A stretch of 64,000 nucleotides of DNA from Candidatus Latescibacterota bacterium (GTDB lineage: Bacteria > Latescibacterota > UBA2968 > UBA8231), in contig CBDFJF010000002.1 in NCBI GenBank assembly GCA_965248265.1, positions 3,552,001-3,616,000 on the forward strand, read 5' to 3'. The notes under the pieces are model-generated. The model was given only the letters and a program-made list of their open reading frames with translations. It ran no database searches and was not told the origin of the DNA. Both the position numbers and the translations under genes were made by a program. Below are positions 39,540 through 49,169 of this stretch, in pieces. Every line of letters starts with the position of its first letter. Within the stretch, counting starts at the first letter, position 1.

Positions 39540-40398
39540 AAGTACGACGTCGGATTTCCTCGCGCTCACCAAGCCGCGACTAGTTCTGATGGTGTTGGTT
39601 ACCACGCTTGCCGGCTACTATCTTGGCTCCTTGGGAGAGTTTGATTGGATTCGTTTGCTTAACACGCTTGTCGGAACGGCGCTCGCAGCAGGTGGAACTA
39701 TTGCGTTGAACCAATACATCGAGCGCGATTTGGATGCAAAGATGAAGCGCACTAGACTTCGTCCCTTGCCTGACGGACGACTACGGCCCGACGGGGCTCT
39801 GGTATTTGGTATAGTGATTTCCGTCGGCGGAGCGCTGTATTTATTGTTTACGGTAAATGCACTTAGTAGCCTTTTAGCGGCCCTAACTGTGAGTAGCTAC
39901 ATCTTCCTCTACACACCCTTGAAGCGGAAGACCTCCTTCTGCACTGTCGCCGGAGCAGTTCCGGGCGCTCTACCGCCAGTGGGCGGCTGGGTCGCGGCAC
40001 AGGGCAGTTTGAGCCTTGAGGCGTGGGTGCTGTTTGCTATTATGTTTTTCTGGCAAGTACCTCATTCGTTAGCTATCGCCTGGTTGTACCGAACTGACTA
40101 CGAGCGGGCAGACTTGAAATTGCTTCCTGTTGTCCACCCTGACGGCAGGAGCACCGGGCACCAGGTTGTGTCTAACTCTTTGGCACTTCTGACTGTGGGA
40201 TTGATACCAACGCTCATGGGGCTTGCAGGCCCGATCTATTTCTTTGTCGCCTTAGTGCTGGGGATCGTGTTCCTGGGGTACGGGGTTAGTTTCGCACTTT
40301 TCCGTTCGACAGTAGCCGCGCGGCGCCTGCTGTTGGCTTCATACCTGTATATTCCACTACAGCTTGGAACGATGTCATTCGACAAAGTACTTTTTTAG
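39523..40398 (+). CDS. ctaB: Protoheme IX farnesyltransferase (heme O synthase)
   Basis: LTKPR, N..IERD.D..M.RT..RP.P.GR, YT.LKR, GA.PGALPP..GW, FWQ.PH. Confidence 0.95.
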   Translation: MVAVIRSTTSDFLALTKPRLVLMVLVTTLAGYYLGSLGEFDWIRLLNTLVGTALAAGGTIALNQYIERDLDAKMKRTRLRPLPDGRLRPDGALVFGIVISVGGALYLLFTVNALSSLLAALTVSSYIFLYTPLKRKTSFCTVAGAVPGALPPVGGWVAAQGSLSLEAWVLFAIMFFWQVPHSLAIAWLYRTDYERADLKLLPVVHPDGRSTGHQVVSNSLALLTVGLIPTLMGLAGPIYFFVALVLGIVFLGYGVSFALFRSTVAARRLLLASYLYIPLQLGTMSFDKVLF

Positions 40399-40612
40399 TA
40401 GATAGCGCCGCACCCGTGTGCTTCGCTTCGGATTGAGGGGGAGAAACTACCTTGCATAGGTTGTTTCGGGGGAGGAGGTTCTCAGGAGAAGAATGTGGGT
40501 AATCAGGACATACAACAGCAGAACCGACGTGTAAGATTGATCTTAATAGCAATAGTGATTTTGCTCGGTATGATCACGGTAGTCACTGTAATTGTCCGGA
40601 ATTAAAGTGTCA

Positions 40613-41284
40613 ATGGGTACAGCCGTAGAAATCGGCCATACGATAGAGGAAGTTGCCGCGATAAGAGGTATTGGATCGCCTCCAATATCTCCTGAGGAAC
40701 CCGACGGTGACAATGGTAATAATGAAGATGAGCCGCTCGTAGGCAATCTGTACATTGGCATGCTGTTGTTCATCGCGGCAGAAGTGATGCTCTTTGCCGG
40801 GCTGATCGGTGCTTTTGTCATATTCCGTTTCGGAAGCTCGGTATGGCCTCCACCACTTCAGGTTCGTCTACCCGTTGAAGTGACCGCTGTCAACACGGGT
40901 ATCTTGCTTTTCAGTGCGTACACCATGTATCGAGCCTGGAGAGCGGCAAGAAGTGGAAATAGGAGTACGCTCTTACGAGGGTTGTGGAGTACAGCAATTC
41001 TTGGAGCAATCTTTCTTGCTGTCCAAGGATACGAGTGGATTCGGCTTCTGAGTTTTGGTCTCACCATGTCATCGAGCGTTTATGGAGCCACTTTTTATAC
41101 ATTGATTGGATGCCATGGTCTTCATGTGTTTGGCGCATTGTGCTGGTTGCTCGTGGTTCTAACGATGGCGAGAAAGAACAGGTTCTCGGCCAAGAAGCAT
41201 GTTGCTTTAGACCTGTGCGGAATGTACTGGAGCTTTGTTACAGTGCTCTGGCCTGTTCTTTATGGGCTTGTTTATCTGAATTGA
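40613..41284 (+). CDS. Cytochrome c oxidase subunit III-like (first copy)
   Basis: GMLLFIAAEVMLF, NTGILL.S, GCHGLHV, YWSFV. Confidence 0.88.
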   Translation: MGTAVEIGHTIEEVAAIRGIGSPPISPEEPDGDNGNNEDEPLVGNLYIGMLLFIAAEVMLFAGLIGAFVIFRFGSSVWPPPLQVRLPVEVTAVNTGILLFSAYTMYRAWRAARSGNRSTLLRGLWSTAILGAIFLAVQGYEWIRLLSFGLTMSSSVYGATFYTLIGCHGLHVFGALCWLLVVLTMARKNRFSAKKHVALDLCGMYWSFVTVLWPVLYGLVYLN

Positions 41285-41299
41285 GGGGTAAGAAGGCTA

Positions 41300-41581
41300 A
41301 TGCTGAATAGATATTTGCCGATCGCTCTGGGGATAACAATCATAGTGTTGCTCATCCCTATTGGTGTGCAGGCGTGTCCGCTATGTGTGGAAGCCGTTAA
41401 GGGCTCGGAGTTGGGTCGTGGTTTCAATTCGAGCATCCTGTTCCTTCTAGCGATGCCATTTGCCTTAGTTGGCTCGATCGGTGGCGGGTTATTTTTCTAT
41501 GTACGCCGGCATTCGCGTTCAAGTCAGAAACAACATACGTATGTAACAGCCAACTCCAATGTGATAGGAGAGCAAAATTGA
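41300..41581 (+). CDS. Small membrane protein with CxxC after a signal/TM segment
   Basis: VQACPLC…GFN.SIL.LL.MP; embedded in the oxidase operon. Confidence 0.7.
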   Translation: MLNRYLPIALGITIIVLLIPIGVQACPLCVEAVKGSELGRGFNSSILFLLAMPFALVGSIGGGLFFYVRRHSRSSQKQHTYVTANSNVIGEQN

Positions 41582-42195
41582 CTCACGCTACTGCTGTGGC
41601 AGCAACTGTCGAACCTGCGGAATCTCCTCTTACTCCTGAAAGCTGGGGCAAGCTTGGGATGTGGATTTTCCTCGCAGGAGATGCGATGTCGTTTGGAGCC
41701 CTGCTTGCTGGTTATGGTGCCATCCGAGCTGGGAGCACCGACTGGCCTATCCCGGCAGAGGTTCTTGGCATACCCCTAACAGCCTTTATGACCTTTCTGC
41801 TGATCTGCAGTAGTGTGACCATGGTCAAGGCCTTGTCAGCGATCAAGCATGGCAACTCAAAGGGAATGCGGAACTATTTGCTGTTGACCATTCTGGGTGG
41901 AGTGATATTCCTGGGCTGCCAGGCATACGAATGGACCCACCTGATCAATCAGGGTCTTGGGTTTAGTAGCAATCCCTTTGGGAGCTATCTTTTTGGCGCT
42001 ACTTTCTTTGCCATTACAGGTTTTCATGGTGCCCACGTTACTGGGGGCGTCATTTATCTTATATGCATAATGATACGGGGAACGCGTGGCAAATACTCGG
42101 CCGAGAATTACGACCACGTTGAGATCCTCGGGTTGTACTGGCATTTCGTAGACCTCGTATGGATCATGGTGTTTACCTTTGTCTACCTGCTATAG
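41578..42195 (+). CDS. Cytochrome c oxidase subunit III-like (second copy)
   Basis: [31 protein letters not shown]. Confidence 0.9.
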   Translation: MTHATAVAATVEPAESPLTPESWGKLGMWIFLAGDAMSFGALLAGYGAIRAGSTDWPIPAEVLGIPLTAFMTFLLICSSVTMVKALSAIKHGNSKGMRNYLLLTILGGVIFLGCQAYEWTHLINQGLGFSSNPFGSYLFGATFFAITGFHGAHVTGGVIYLICIMIRGTRGKYSAENYDHVEILGLYWHFVDLVWIMVFTFVYLL

Positions 42196-42279
42196 CGTGG
42201 AGCAGGGAAATAACGATGGAATGTAGCTATCAGAAGCTGAATTGCTGGAATCTAGTCATACTCTCAAGTGGGAAGAAAA

Positions 42280-42615
42280 ATGATGACGGATAATCACAAA
42301 GAACCGAACTACATGGGTGTGTTCTATTTGCTGGCAGTGCTCACGGCTATTGAAATCGGTGTGATATATTTACCGGTAGCCAAACTGGTCATAGCATTCA
42401 TGCTTGTCATCCTGGCTGTAGCTAAGGCTGCGCTTGTTGGATTGTATTTCATGCACCTGAAATTTGAGAAACGTACGCTGGGTTTGATTGCTATGACTCC
42501 GCTGGTGCTCTGTACGTTATTGATATTTTCGCTCATCCCAGATTTAACCGGAACTCCTCATCAAACATCATCGGCGCAGCCCACTGAGGGGGAATCTGTA
42601 TCCCTGTCTCAGTAG
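42280..42615 (+). CDS. Cytochrome c oxidase subunit IV family
   Basis: L.VLT.IE, AKA.LV..YFMHLKFE. Confidence 0.85.
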   Translation: MMTDNHKEPNYMGVFYLLAVLTAIEIGVIYLPVAKLVIAFMLVILAVAKAALVGLYFMHLKFEKRTLGLIAMTPLVLCTLLIFSLIPDLTGTPHQTSSAQPTEGESVSLSQ

Positions 42616-42713
42616 TACGTACACCGGGACGGTGCCGGAGTCGCTCAGTCGTACCCGCGTGAAAAACTCCCGAGATCAACGCGCAACACTCACCGAGATG
42701 ACAAGGAACTGCG

Positions 42714-43445
42714 ATGAAACTGATCAGACACCCACTCACAGCTGTGGCGATGATGGCATTGGTCGTGGCCCTTTCCGGCATGGTCCGAGCGCAGGCGTCC
42801 AGCGCAGGAGGGTCAATTAGCGGCGCGGTCAAGTACGATGGCGAGGCGGCGGCGGCGAAAAAGCTGGCGGTTACTAAGGATGTGAAGGTTTGCGACGTGC
42901 ACGAGAAATTCTCTGAGGACCTAGTTGTCTCTAGCGCGGGTGGTATCCAAAATGTCTTCGTGCAGGTGCTCGGGGCGAAGGGTGAAGTCACAATTCCCAA
43001 GGAGCGACCCGCTCTCGTCCAAAAGGGATGTCAGTTCATTCCCCATGTGCAGGTCATCCCTGCCGGTTCGAGAGTGAACATCATGAATGATGATGGCATC
43101 GCCCACAATCTCCATACGCTCAGCGTGGAGAATCCGTCCTTCAATCGACTGCAACCCGGCATCAAGAAGAGGATGATTACCCGAAAAAACGATCTGCTAA
43201 TTCCGGAGATCATACCGATCAAGTGCGATCTTCACGGCTGGATGAAGGCGTGGATCATCGTCGCCGATCACCCCTATCACGCCATATCCGATCAGGAGGG
43301 TTCATTTCAGATTACCGGTATCCCGCCGGGGACGTACACGGTTCAGTTCTGGCACGAAACACTGGGGCAACTGTCGCGGGAAGTGACCGTGGAGACCGGG
43401 GCCGATACAAAGGTCGGTGATGTAGCGTTCAAGGCCGCAATGTAA
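42714..43445 (+). CDS. Exported cupredoxin-like / carboxypeptidase-regulatory-like domain protein (paralog of 20764-21492)
   Basis: Signal peptide, GSISG, HNLH…CDLHGWM, GSF.I.GIPPGTY..FWHE. Confidence 0.85.
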   Translation: MKLIRHPLTAVAMMALVVALSGMVRAQASSAGGSISGAVKYDGEAAAAKKLAVTKDVKVCDVHEKFSEDLVVSSAGGIQNVFVQVLGAKGEVTIPKERPALVQKGCQFIPHVQVIPAGSRVNIMNDDGIAHNLHTLSVENPSFNRLQPGIKKRMITRKNDLLIPEIIPIKCDLHGWMKAWIIVADHPYHAISDQEGSFQITGIPPGTYTVQFWHETLGQLSREVTVETGADTKVGDVAFKAAM

Positions 43446-43503
43446 GTCGAGACCAACGCGGTTGCGGATCCGTGCTCGTCGGATGTCCGTCAGTGCATCA
43501 CAC

Positions 43504-43911
43504 TCATGATTCGCTGTCCAAGCCGATGGCGCCAAGACCATCGAGCAGACCCGTCGAGCGCACGATGACGAGAATGGCCGAATGGGGCACTACGACGAAT
43601 CTCTCATTCTCGAACTTGATCTCCACCCCTTCTTTGCGGGCGAAAATGGCGTGGTCCCCTTTGTGGGCCTGCAGAGGGATGAATCGCATCTGCTCTCCGG
43701 AATTCTCATTCCAGGGCATCTCGTCGTCTTCTGACTTCGGCGGCAACGGAATTCCGGGGCCAACTTCCTCGACACGACCGCTCTGGACATTCTCCTTCTC
43801 CAGAGCTGTGGGCGGCAGGTACAAGCCGACTTCCGTGCGCTCTTCCAGCTCATCCAGTCGGATCAAAACCCTGTCGCCGACTACGATGAGCTCTTTGTCT
43901 CCTCGAATCAT
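43504..43911 (-). CDS. groES: GroES-family co-chaperonin (no adjacent groEL)
   Basis: GDRVLI…T..GLYLP…G.V.EVGPG…GD…F. Confidence 0.85.
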   Translation of the reverse strand: MIRGDKELIVVGDRVLIRLDELEERTEVGLYLPPTALEKENVQSGRVEEVGPGIPLPPKSEDDEMPWNENSGEQMRFIPLQAHKGDHAIFARKEGVEIKFENERFVVVPHSAILVIVRSTGLLDGLGAIGLDSES

Positions 43912-44039
43912 GAATCCATCAATTGGTTTAAGGGTTGATCTGCCCCGCTGTCCCACTCCAATCCCGGAAAAATATTAACAGAAACTCCCCGATGACTCAA
44001 TGACCGGTAAGATCGCGAGTGGCATGGAGGGAATCGCCC

Positions 44040-44789
44040 TCAATTGGCCGAGTGTAGATCAGAGGCCGTCAGGGCGGCACCGATGATACCCGCCAGGTTG
44101 CGAAGCTGAGCTGGAATCACCGGGCAGCCGACACTCAACAGTGGGATGAACTCCTTGTGATACTTGCTGACTCCACCACCCAATACGATCAAATCTGGCG
44201 AGAGATAGAAGTGGACCCGTTCGAGGTAATCGTCCAAGCGCCGCGCCCACTTTCTCCAGCTGAGGTTGTCCTTCACCCTGACAGCACTCGAAGTGTGCCG
44301 CTCCGCGGCCTGGCCGTTCAGTTCGAGATGACCGAGTTCGGTGTTCGGGACCAGTTTCCCATCGACGAAAAACGCCGAGCCGATACCCGTACCCAGGGTC
44401 AACAGCAAAACGGCGCCGGCAACGTTCCTGCCCGCGCCGAAACGCATTTCCGCAATGCCAGCTGCATCAGCGTCATTGGTAATCTCGAACGGTAAACCGG
44501 TCGCTGTCTCAAACTCGGTCCTGGCATCGTGGCCCACCCAATCGTCTGAAAGATTCGCGGTACTGAGGATGAGTCCCCCACCGCAAACTATACCAGGAAA
44601 ACCCACTCCGACCGGTCCTTGCCAGCTGAAATGACCGACCAGCTTGGCAACACTCTCGGTCAGTGCGTTCGGAGTCGATTTTTTTGGTGTCTTGAGCCGG
44701 TAACGGTCCGATGTTAGAGAACCAGTACCCAGGTCGACGATGGCCCCTTTGATGCCGCTTCCACCGATATCGATTCCGAGAGCCTTCAT
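44040..44789 (-). CDS. ppgK: Polyphosphate glucokinase (ROK family)
   Basis: GIDIGGSGIKGA, NDADAAG.AEM.FG, TLGTGIGSA, PNTELGH. Confidence 0.9.
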   Translation of the reverse strand: MKALGIDIGGSGIKGAIVDLGTGSLTSDRYRLKTPKKSTPNALTESVAKLVGHFSWQGPVGVGFPGIVCGGGLILSTANLSDDWVGHDARTEFETATGLPFEITNDADAAGIAEMRFGAGRNVAGAVLLLTLGTGIGSAFFVDGKLVPNTELGHLELNGQAAERHTSSAVRVKDNLSWRKWARRLDDYLERVHFYLSPDLIVLGGGVSKYHKEFIPLLSVGCPVIPAQLRNLAGIIGAALTASDLHSAN

Positions 44790-44817
44790 AGACCGTCAAC
44801 CAACATGACTCCCGGTC

Positions 44818-45651
44818 TCACAAGGGCGTCGATGTTTTCTCGTCGGTGACGGCCTCATCGAGCTGGTCCTGGGTCAAGCCCTCGGCATCGAGAAGGTCGG
44901 CTCCCTTGAGATTCGTCCCCATCAACTCGGCGCCCTGGAGCTTAACGCCCTGCATGCGTGCACCCTCGAGGTTGGCGTCGGACAGATCCGCCCCTTTGAG
45001 GTCAGCGTTGTTCAAGCGTGCCCCCTGGAGTTGGGCTTCTTGCATCTCTGCCATGAACAAGTTCGCGCCTGCGAGGTTGGCGCGTTTGAGATTCGCCCGT
45101 TGCAGGTTCGCCTCACGCAGATCAGCCTCTCTCAGATCCGCCCCCTCCATCGCAGCTTCTTCGAAATCCGCCTGCTCTAGACTAGCACCGACAAGGCTGG
45201 CCCCGTCCATCTTGGAACGCTTGAGAATCGCTTTCTGTAGTGTTGCTTCCAGAAGGTCGATCCCCCGCAAGTCTGCCAGAAAGAAATCCACATTCTGCAA
45301 TTCGGCCTTTTGAAGATTCGCGTCCCTCAGGTCTGCGCCCCGCAAGAGCGCGCCCTGCAGGTATTTCTCACGCAGGTTGCACTTGCCCAGCTCTGCCCTC
45401 TTGCCTTCCTTCGACTTGCTGACGATCCATTCACGGTGATCTACCAGCGTCCTCTCTAACTCCTCGTCGGCGACCTCCCGGAGTGCCTTCTGCCCTGAAC
45501 TGGCCTGATGTTCGGGCGGGGCATCACCCTCCCTCCAGGCGGTAGCTGGTGCGGCAGCGGTCTTCCCTTCGTCAGCTGCTGATTTGGGAGCAACAGCCTT
45601 CTTCTTCGTTTTCTTCTTTTTCTTGCCGGGAGAGGATTCAGAATTCTTCAC
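44818..45651 (-). CDS. Pentapeptide repeat protein with Lys-rich N-terminus
   Basis: A(D/N)Lxx repeats; HREW cap as in 6633-7379; start uncertain. Confidence 0.9.
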   Translation of the reverse strand: MKNSESSPGKKKKKTKKKAVAPKSAADEGKTAAAPATAWREGDAPPEHQASSGQKALREVADEELERTLVDHREWIVSKSKEGKRAELGKCNLREKYLQGALLRGADLRDANLQKAELQNVDFFLADLRGIDLLEATLQKAILKRSKMDGASLVGASLEQADFEEAAMEGADLREADLREANLQRANLKRANLAGANLFMAEMQEAQLQGARLNNADLKGADLSDANLEGARMQGVKLQGAELMGTNLKGADLLDAEGLTQDQLDEAVTDEKTSTPL

Positions 45652-45735
45652 CGATGTCTTTTTGCCAAGAGCTTTTTTGATCTTGGATATCTTTTTTTTT
45701 GCAAAACCGATCCTGCGAGAGATAGCGTGTTTGAG

Positions 45736-46098
45736 TTATTGCTTGTGTCTTTTGCTTTGTTCCAACAACGACCTGATGGAGCCTGCCACCTGTTCAGGCT
45801 CTTGTTGCACCTTGTCTTCTATTCGTGAACGCCCGGTATCCTCGCTCAGGGCAACGGCGTCGACGAAGTCGGCTTTGTCGAAAGCCTTCAGTTCACCCAG
45901 AAATCGAACATTGCGGCCAATCATCAATCGGCGCAACAAAGCGCGCGTTACGATGAGCAGTAAGGCCAGACTCACAAGACCAGCGCCATACGCCAGAACA
46001 GCCGATCCACTGAAAGCCCACACCTGGCTGCCAACCAGCGCGGCCACACCCACTAGCAATACCCCAATCATGAAAACAAGCCCAGCGGTAGGCTTCAT
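45736..46098 (-). CDS. Hypothetical two-TM membrane protein
   Basis: 120-aa ATG ORF with two hydrophobic helices. Confidence 0.6.
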   Translation of the reverse strand: MKPTAGLVFMIGVLLVGVAALVGSQVWAFSGSAVLAYGAGLVSLALLLIVTRALLRRLMIGRNVRFLGELKAFDKADFVDAVALSEDTGRSRIEDKVQQEPEQVAGSIRSLLEQSKRHKQ

Positions 46099-46261
46099 CT
46101 ATGAACCGTGCTTCTCAAGCAACCGTTCCTCAAGGTCTCTCGATCCAAAGGTCCCGTTGACAGCGGCAAACCGTTGACTCGATACTAACCAATCATTACC
46201 TGTGTGGGTTCCTCCACCCTGCCACCATCCACTGCTTTCCCGGGAAGCGATCGTCTCCCCC

Positions 46262-46507
46262 ATGCTCGCTACAGTCATCGAAATGCTGGTTGGGATCGGA
46301 GGTACAGTCATCTACCTGTATTTCTGGAACCAGATCCTGGCAAAAAACAACACAACAGAGTTGGATCCAACCGATCCCACCTACCGTGCCAAAATGGGTC
46401 GACGCCGGGCTTGGCAAATCATCTTGTTCCTCGGGTTGACCCCTTACGTTCTGCTGCTGTTTGCCGCCATCGAGCGGATCAAAGCGACGCTCCTGGTACA
46501 GACCTGA
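46262..46507 (+). CDS. Hypothetical small membrane protein
   Basis: Two hydrophobic segments; ATG 46262 within the 46202 ORF. Confidence 0.5.
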   Translation: MLATVIEMLVGIGGTVIYLYFWNQILAKNNTTELDPTDPTYRAKMGRRRAWQIILFLGLTPYVLLLFAAIERIKATLLVQT

Positions 46508-46761
46508 CCACCGACCAATAAACCGCTCTCCAACAAGAGGTTGGGGAACTCGTCACATATCATCGGCGGTATGGGCAGTAATATGCTACTTTTGCCCGAC
46601 CTTGGCCACCGAATCACCCACCGTGGCCGCGTTCACCGACATCCTGATTTCCCATCGACTGATTGCCCAATGATGCGCCTGCAGCGTGACTGATGGTTGA
46701 GCACGACAAGGAAAACGGTTGCGAGCAGGTAGATAACTGATCTCGCAACCGTCTGTGAGTG

Positions 46762-46837
<76 letters not shown>

Positions 46838-46908
46838 TTTTCAGTTGTTCAGATAGGGGATCTACCGCCGATGGTGGCGCGAAAACATAATGGTGCGACC
46901 ATACATGG

Positions 46909-48030
46909 TCAATCGTGCTGAGTTGCGAACGGCAGCGGATGGAACGGGACATCGGCTGCGATTGCCACGCCGCGGTGAGTGACCATGCCGTGAATGACAT
47001 TCAGACCACGCGCCAACCCCTGGTCCTGCTGGCAGGCCGCTTCCCAACCCTCATTCGCCAGGGCGAAAATGTACGGGAAGGTGGCGTTGCTCAGTGCCAT
47101 GGTTGCTGTGCGTGGTACGGCACCGGGCAAGTTGGCGATACCGCAATGGACAACGTCATCGACGACGTAGGTCGGGGCGCTGTGGGTCGTCGCCTTCATG
47201 GTCTCGACGCAACCGCCCTGGTCCACGGCCGTGTCGACGATGACGGACCCACGCTTCATGTTGCTCACCATTGCACTACTGACCAGCGTCGGTGCTTTGG
47301 AGCCAGGGACCAGGACGGCTCCGACGAGCAAGTCGGCCGCCGGCACCAGTTTTTGGAGGTTATAGGGATTCGACATATGGGTGAACACGTTCGCCGGCAG
47401 CGTGCGCTCGGCAAGCCGTAACTGGTCGACTTCGATGTCGAGCAGATGAACGGAGGCGCCCATGCCGGCAGCGATCAGGGCGGCATTGTAGCCGACGACA
47501 CCGGCTCCGATGATGACGACATCGGCCGATGACACACCGGGGAGACCGCCCAGCAACACACCTCTGCCACCCTGTGGTGCCTCCAGATATTTCGCACCTT
47601 CCTGTATGCTCATGCGCCCGGCGATCTCACTCATCGGTGCGAGAATGGGCAAACGCCCGTCGCGCCCTTCGACGGTCTCGAAGGCGACACCGATGGCCCC
47701 GGTGTCAATGAACGAGCGGGTCAGCTTCTCATCAGCCGCAAAGTGGAAGAACGTGAACATGATCTGGTTCTCCTTGATCATGCTTAATTCATTCGGTTGG
47801 GGCTCCTTCACCTTGATGATCAAGTCACTGGCTTCGAATACCTCGGCCGCGGTGTCGACGACGAAGGCTCCGGCCTCCATGTAGTCTTCTACCGGTACCC
47901 CGGATCCATCGGTGGCTCCCTGTTCCACGTACACGGAGTGCCCTGCTTCGACCAGCATGTGCGCCCCTACGGGCAGCAGGCTTACTCGTTGCTCGTCAGC
48001 CTTCGTCTCTTTCGGAACACCTACAATCAT
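46909..48030 (-). CDS. ald: Alanine dehydrogenase
   Basis: GVPKE.K..E.RV, KVKEP, PMSEIAGR, D.AVDQGGC, ANLPGAVPRT. Confidence 0.95.
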   Translation of the reverse strand: MIVGVPKETKADEQRVSLLPVGAHMLVEAGHSVYVEQGATDGSGVPVEDYMEAGAFVVDTAAEVFEASDLIIKVKEPQPNELSMIKENQIMFTFFHFAADEKLTRSFIDTGAIGVAFETVEGRDGRLPILAPMSEIAGRMSIQEGAKYLEAPQGGRGVLLGGLPGVSSADVVIIGAGVVGYNAALIAAGMGASVHLLDIEVDQLRLAERTLPANVFTHMSNPYNLQKLVPAADLLVGAVLVPGSKAPTLVSSAMVSNMKRGSVIVDTAVDQGGCVETMKATTHSAPTYVVDDVVHCGIANLPGAVPRTATMALSNATFPYIFALANEGWEAACQQDQGLARGLNVIHGMVTHRGVAIAADVPFHPLPFATQHD

Positions 48031-48097
48031 CGGTTGCCTACGCTCTCTTGAAATGGTCAGCTGATAGGGCTTACTCCACCCTCATCTCAACCTATGT

Positions 48098-49150
48098 TCA
48101 CTGCCGCGGAATGTCCACGCGTCTCCGTGTCTCACTGGCCTGGTAGGCCGCCTCGACGAACTGCATCGCTCGCAACGCATCGGTGCCGTCGGTGACGAAT
48201 GCCCCAGGCTTTGAAGCACTGGCTTCCAGAAAGTCAGCGATGAACTTGATACCGACTGCGCCTCCATATCCTCCCACTTCTGTGGGAGCGGTGATGTGGA
48301 CGGTCCTTGCGGCCACACCTTCCCAACCCGGTGCCTGGCTCTTCACTCTCAATTGCTGACCCTCGCCTTCCCCGAAGCCGTGTTGGACCCAAGTGGCCTC
48401 CCCGATCGTTCCCCTTAAAATGATACCGATATCGCCATAACGTTCCCGCAGCACGTACCCCGCGTGTACACTCCCCAGGGCGCCATTGTCCATGGCAAAG
48501 CTGAGCGCAGCCATGTCTTCAACATCGATGTCGGTGTCAGACAGCGTCGACACGTGACCGCTGACGCTGGCGTATTCCAGGCCCGTCAGGTAGCGAAACA
48601 TGTCGATCGTGTGAATGGCCAGCCAGTGAAGAATTCCTCCTCCTGCCTTGTCTTTGGAAAACAGCCAGCTGTCCGGATTGCGCTGTTGCACCGAACTGGT
48701 AACCATTCGTCCCTCTGCTGACACGATGCGCCCCAACACCCCAGCCTGAATCAGACCCTTCAACTCCAGAGCCAGCGGCAACATCCGGTTCAGGAAACCG
48801 GTGGCCCATATGGTGTTGGCGGCGGCGGCGATGTCGTTGAGAGTGGTAATTTCAGCAGCTGTTCGTGCCACCGGTTTCTCAATAATGGTAGGAATGCCAC
48901 GTTCCAGGATCTTCCGCCCCGCCTCGGGATATTGATCGTTACGCAACGACAGAATCGCCATGTCGATATCCGGAAGCTGCAGCAACTCGTCGAGGCTGCT
49001 CAGCTGAACATCAACATCGGTGACTGGATCGACGGCTGGATCTACATCACACACGATCAAGCGATCAACATCCGGGGATAGGCGCAAGGTTTCGAGCCAT
49101 CCGGAGCTGTGTGGCCCGACGGTACCGACGAGGGCGGCTGTGACTGGCAT
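48098..49150 (-). CDS. Gfo/Idh/MocA-family oxidoreductase
   Basis: IEKP motif, GGG.L…H..D, VED. Confidence 0.88.
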   Translation of the reverse strand: MPVTAALVGTVGPHSSGWLETLRLSPDVDRLIVCDVDPAVDPVTDVDVQLSSLDELLQLPDIDMAILSLRNDQYPEAGRKILERGIPTIIEKPVARTAAEITTLNDIAAAANTIWATGFLNRMLPLALELKGLIQAGVLGRIVSAEGRMVTSSVQQRNPDSWLFSKDKAGGGILHWLAIHTIDMFRYLTGLEYASVSGHVSTLSDTDIDVEDMAALSFAMDNGALGSVHAGYVLRERYGDIGIILRGTIGEATWVQHGFGEGEGQQLRVKSQAPGWEGVAARTVHITAPTEVGGYGGAVGIKFIADFLEASASKPGAFVTDGTDALRAMQFVEAAYQASETRRRVDIPRQ

Positions 49151-49169
49151 GACTTCTCCTGTCTACCTT

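Noticed and set aside
45649-45705. Programmed frameshift at the A9 run upstream of the second pentapeptide gene
   Set aside because: The Lys-rich frame is open across the run; the issue is only an uncertain start codon, with no independent evidence of slippage
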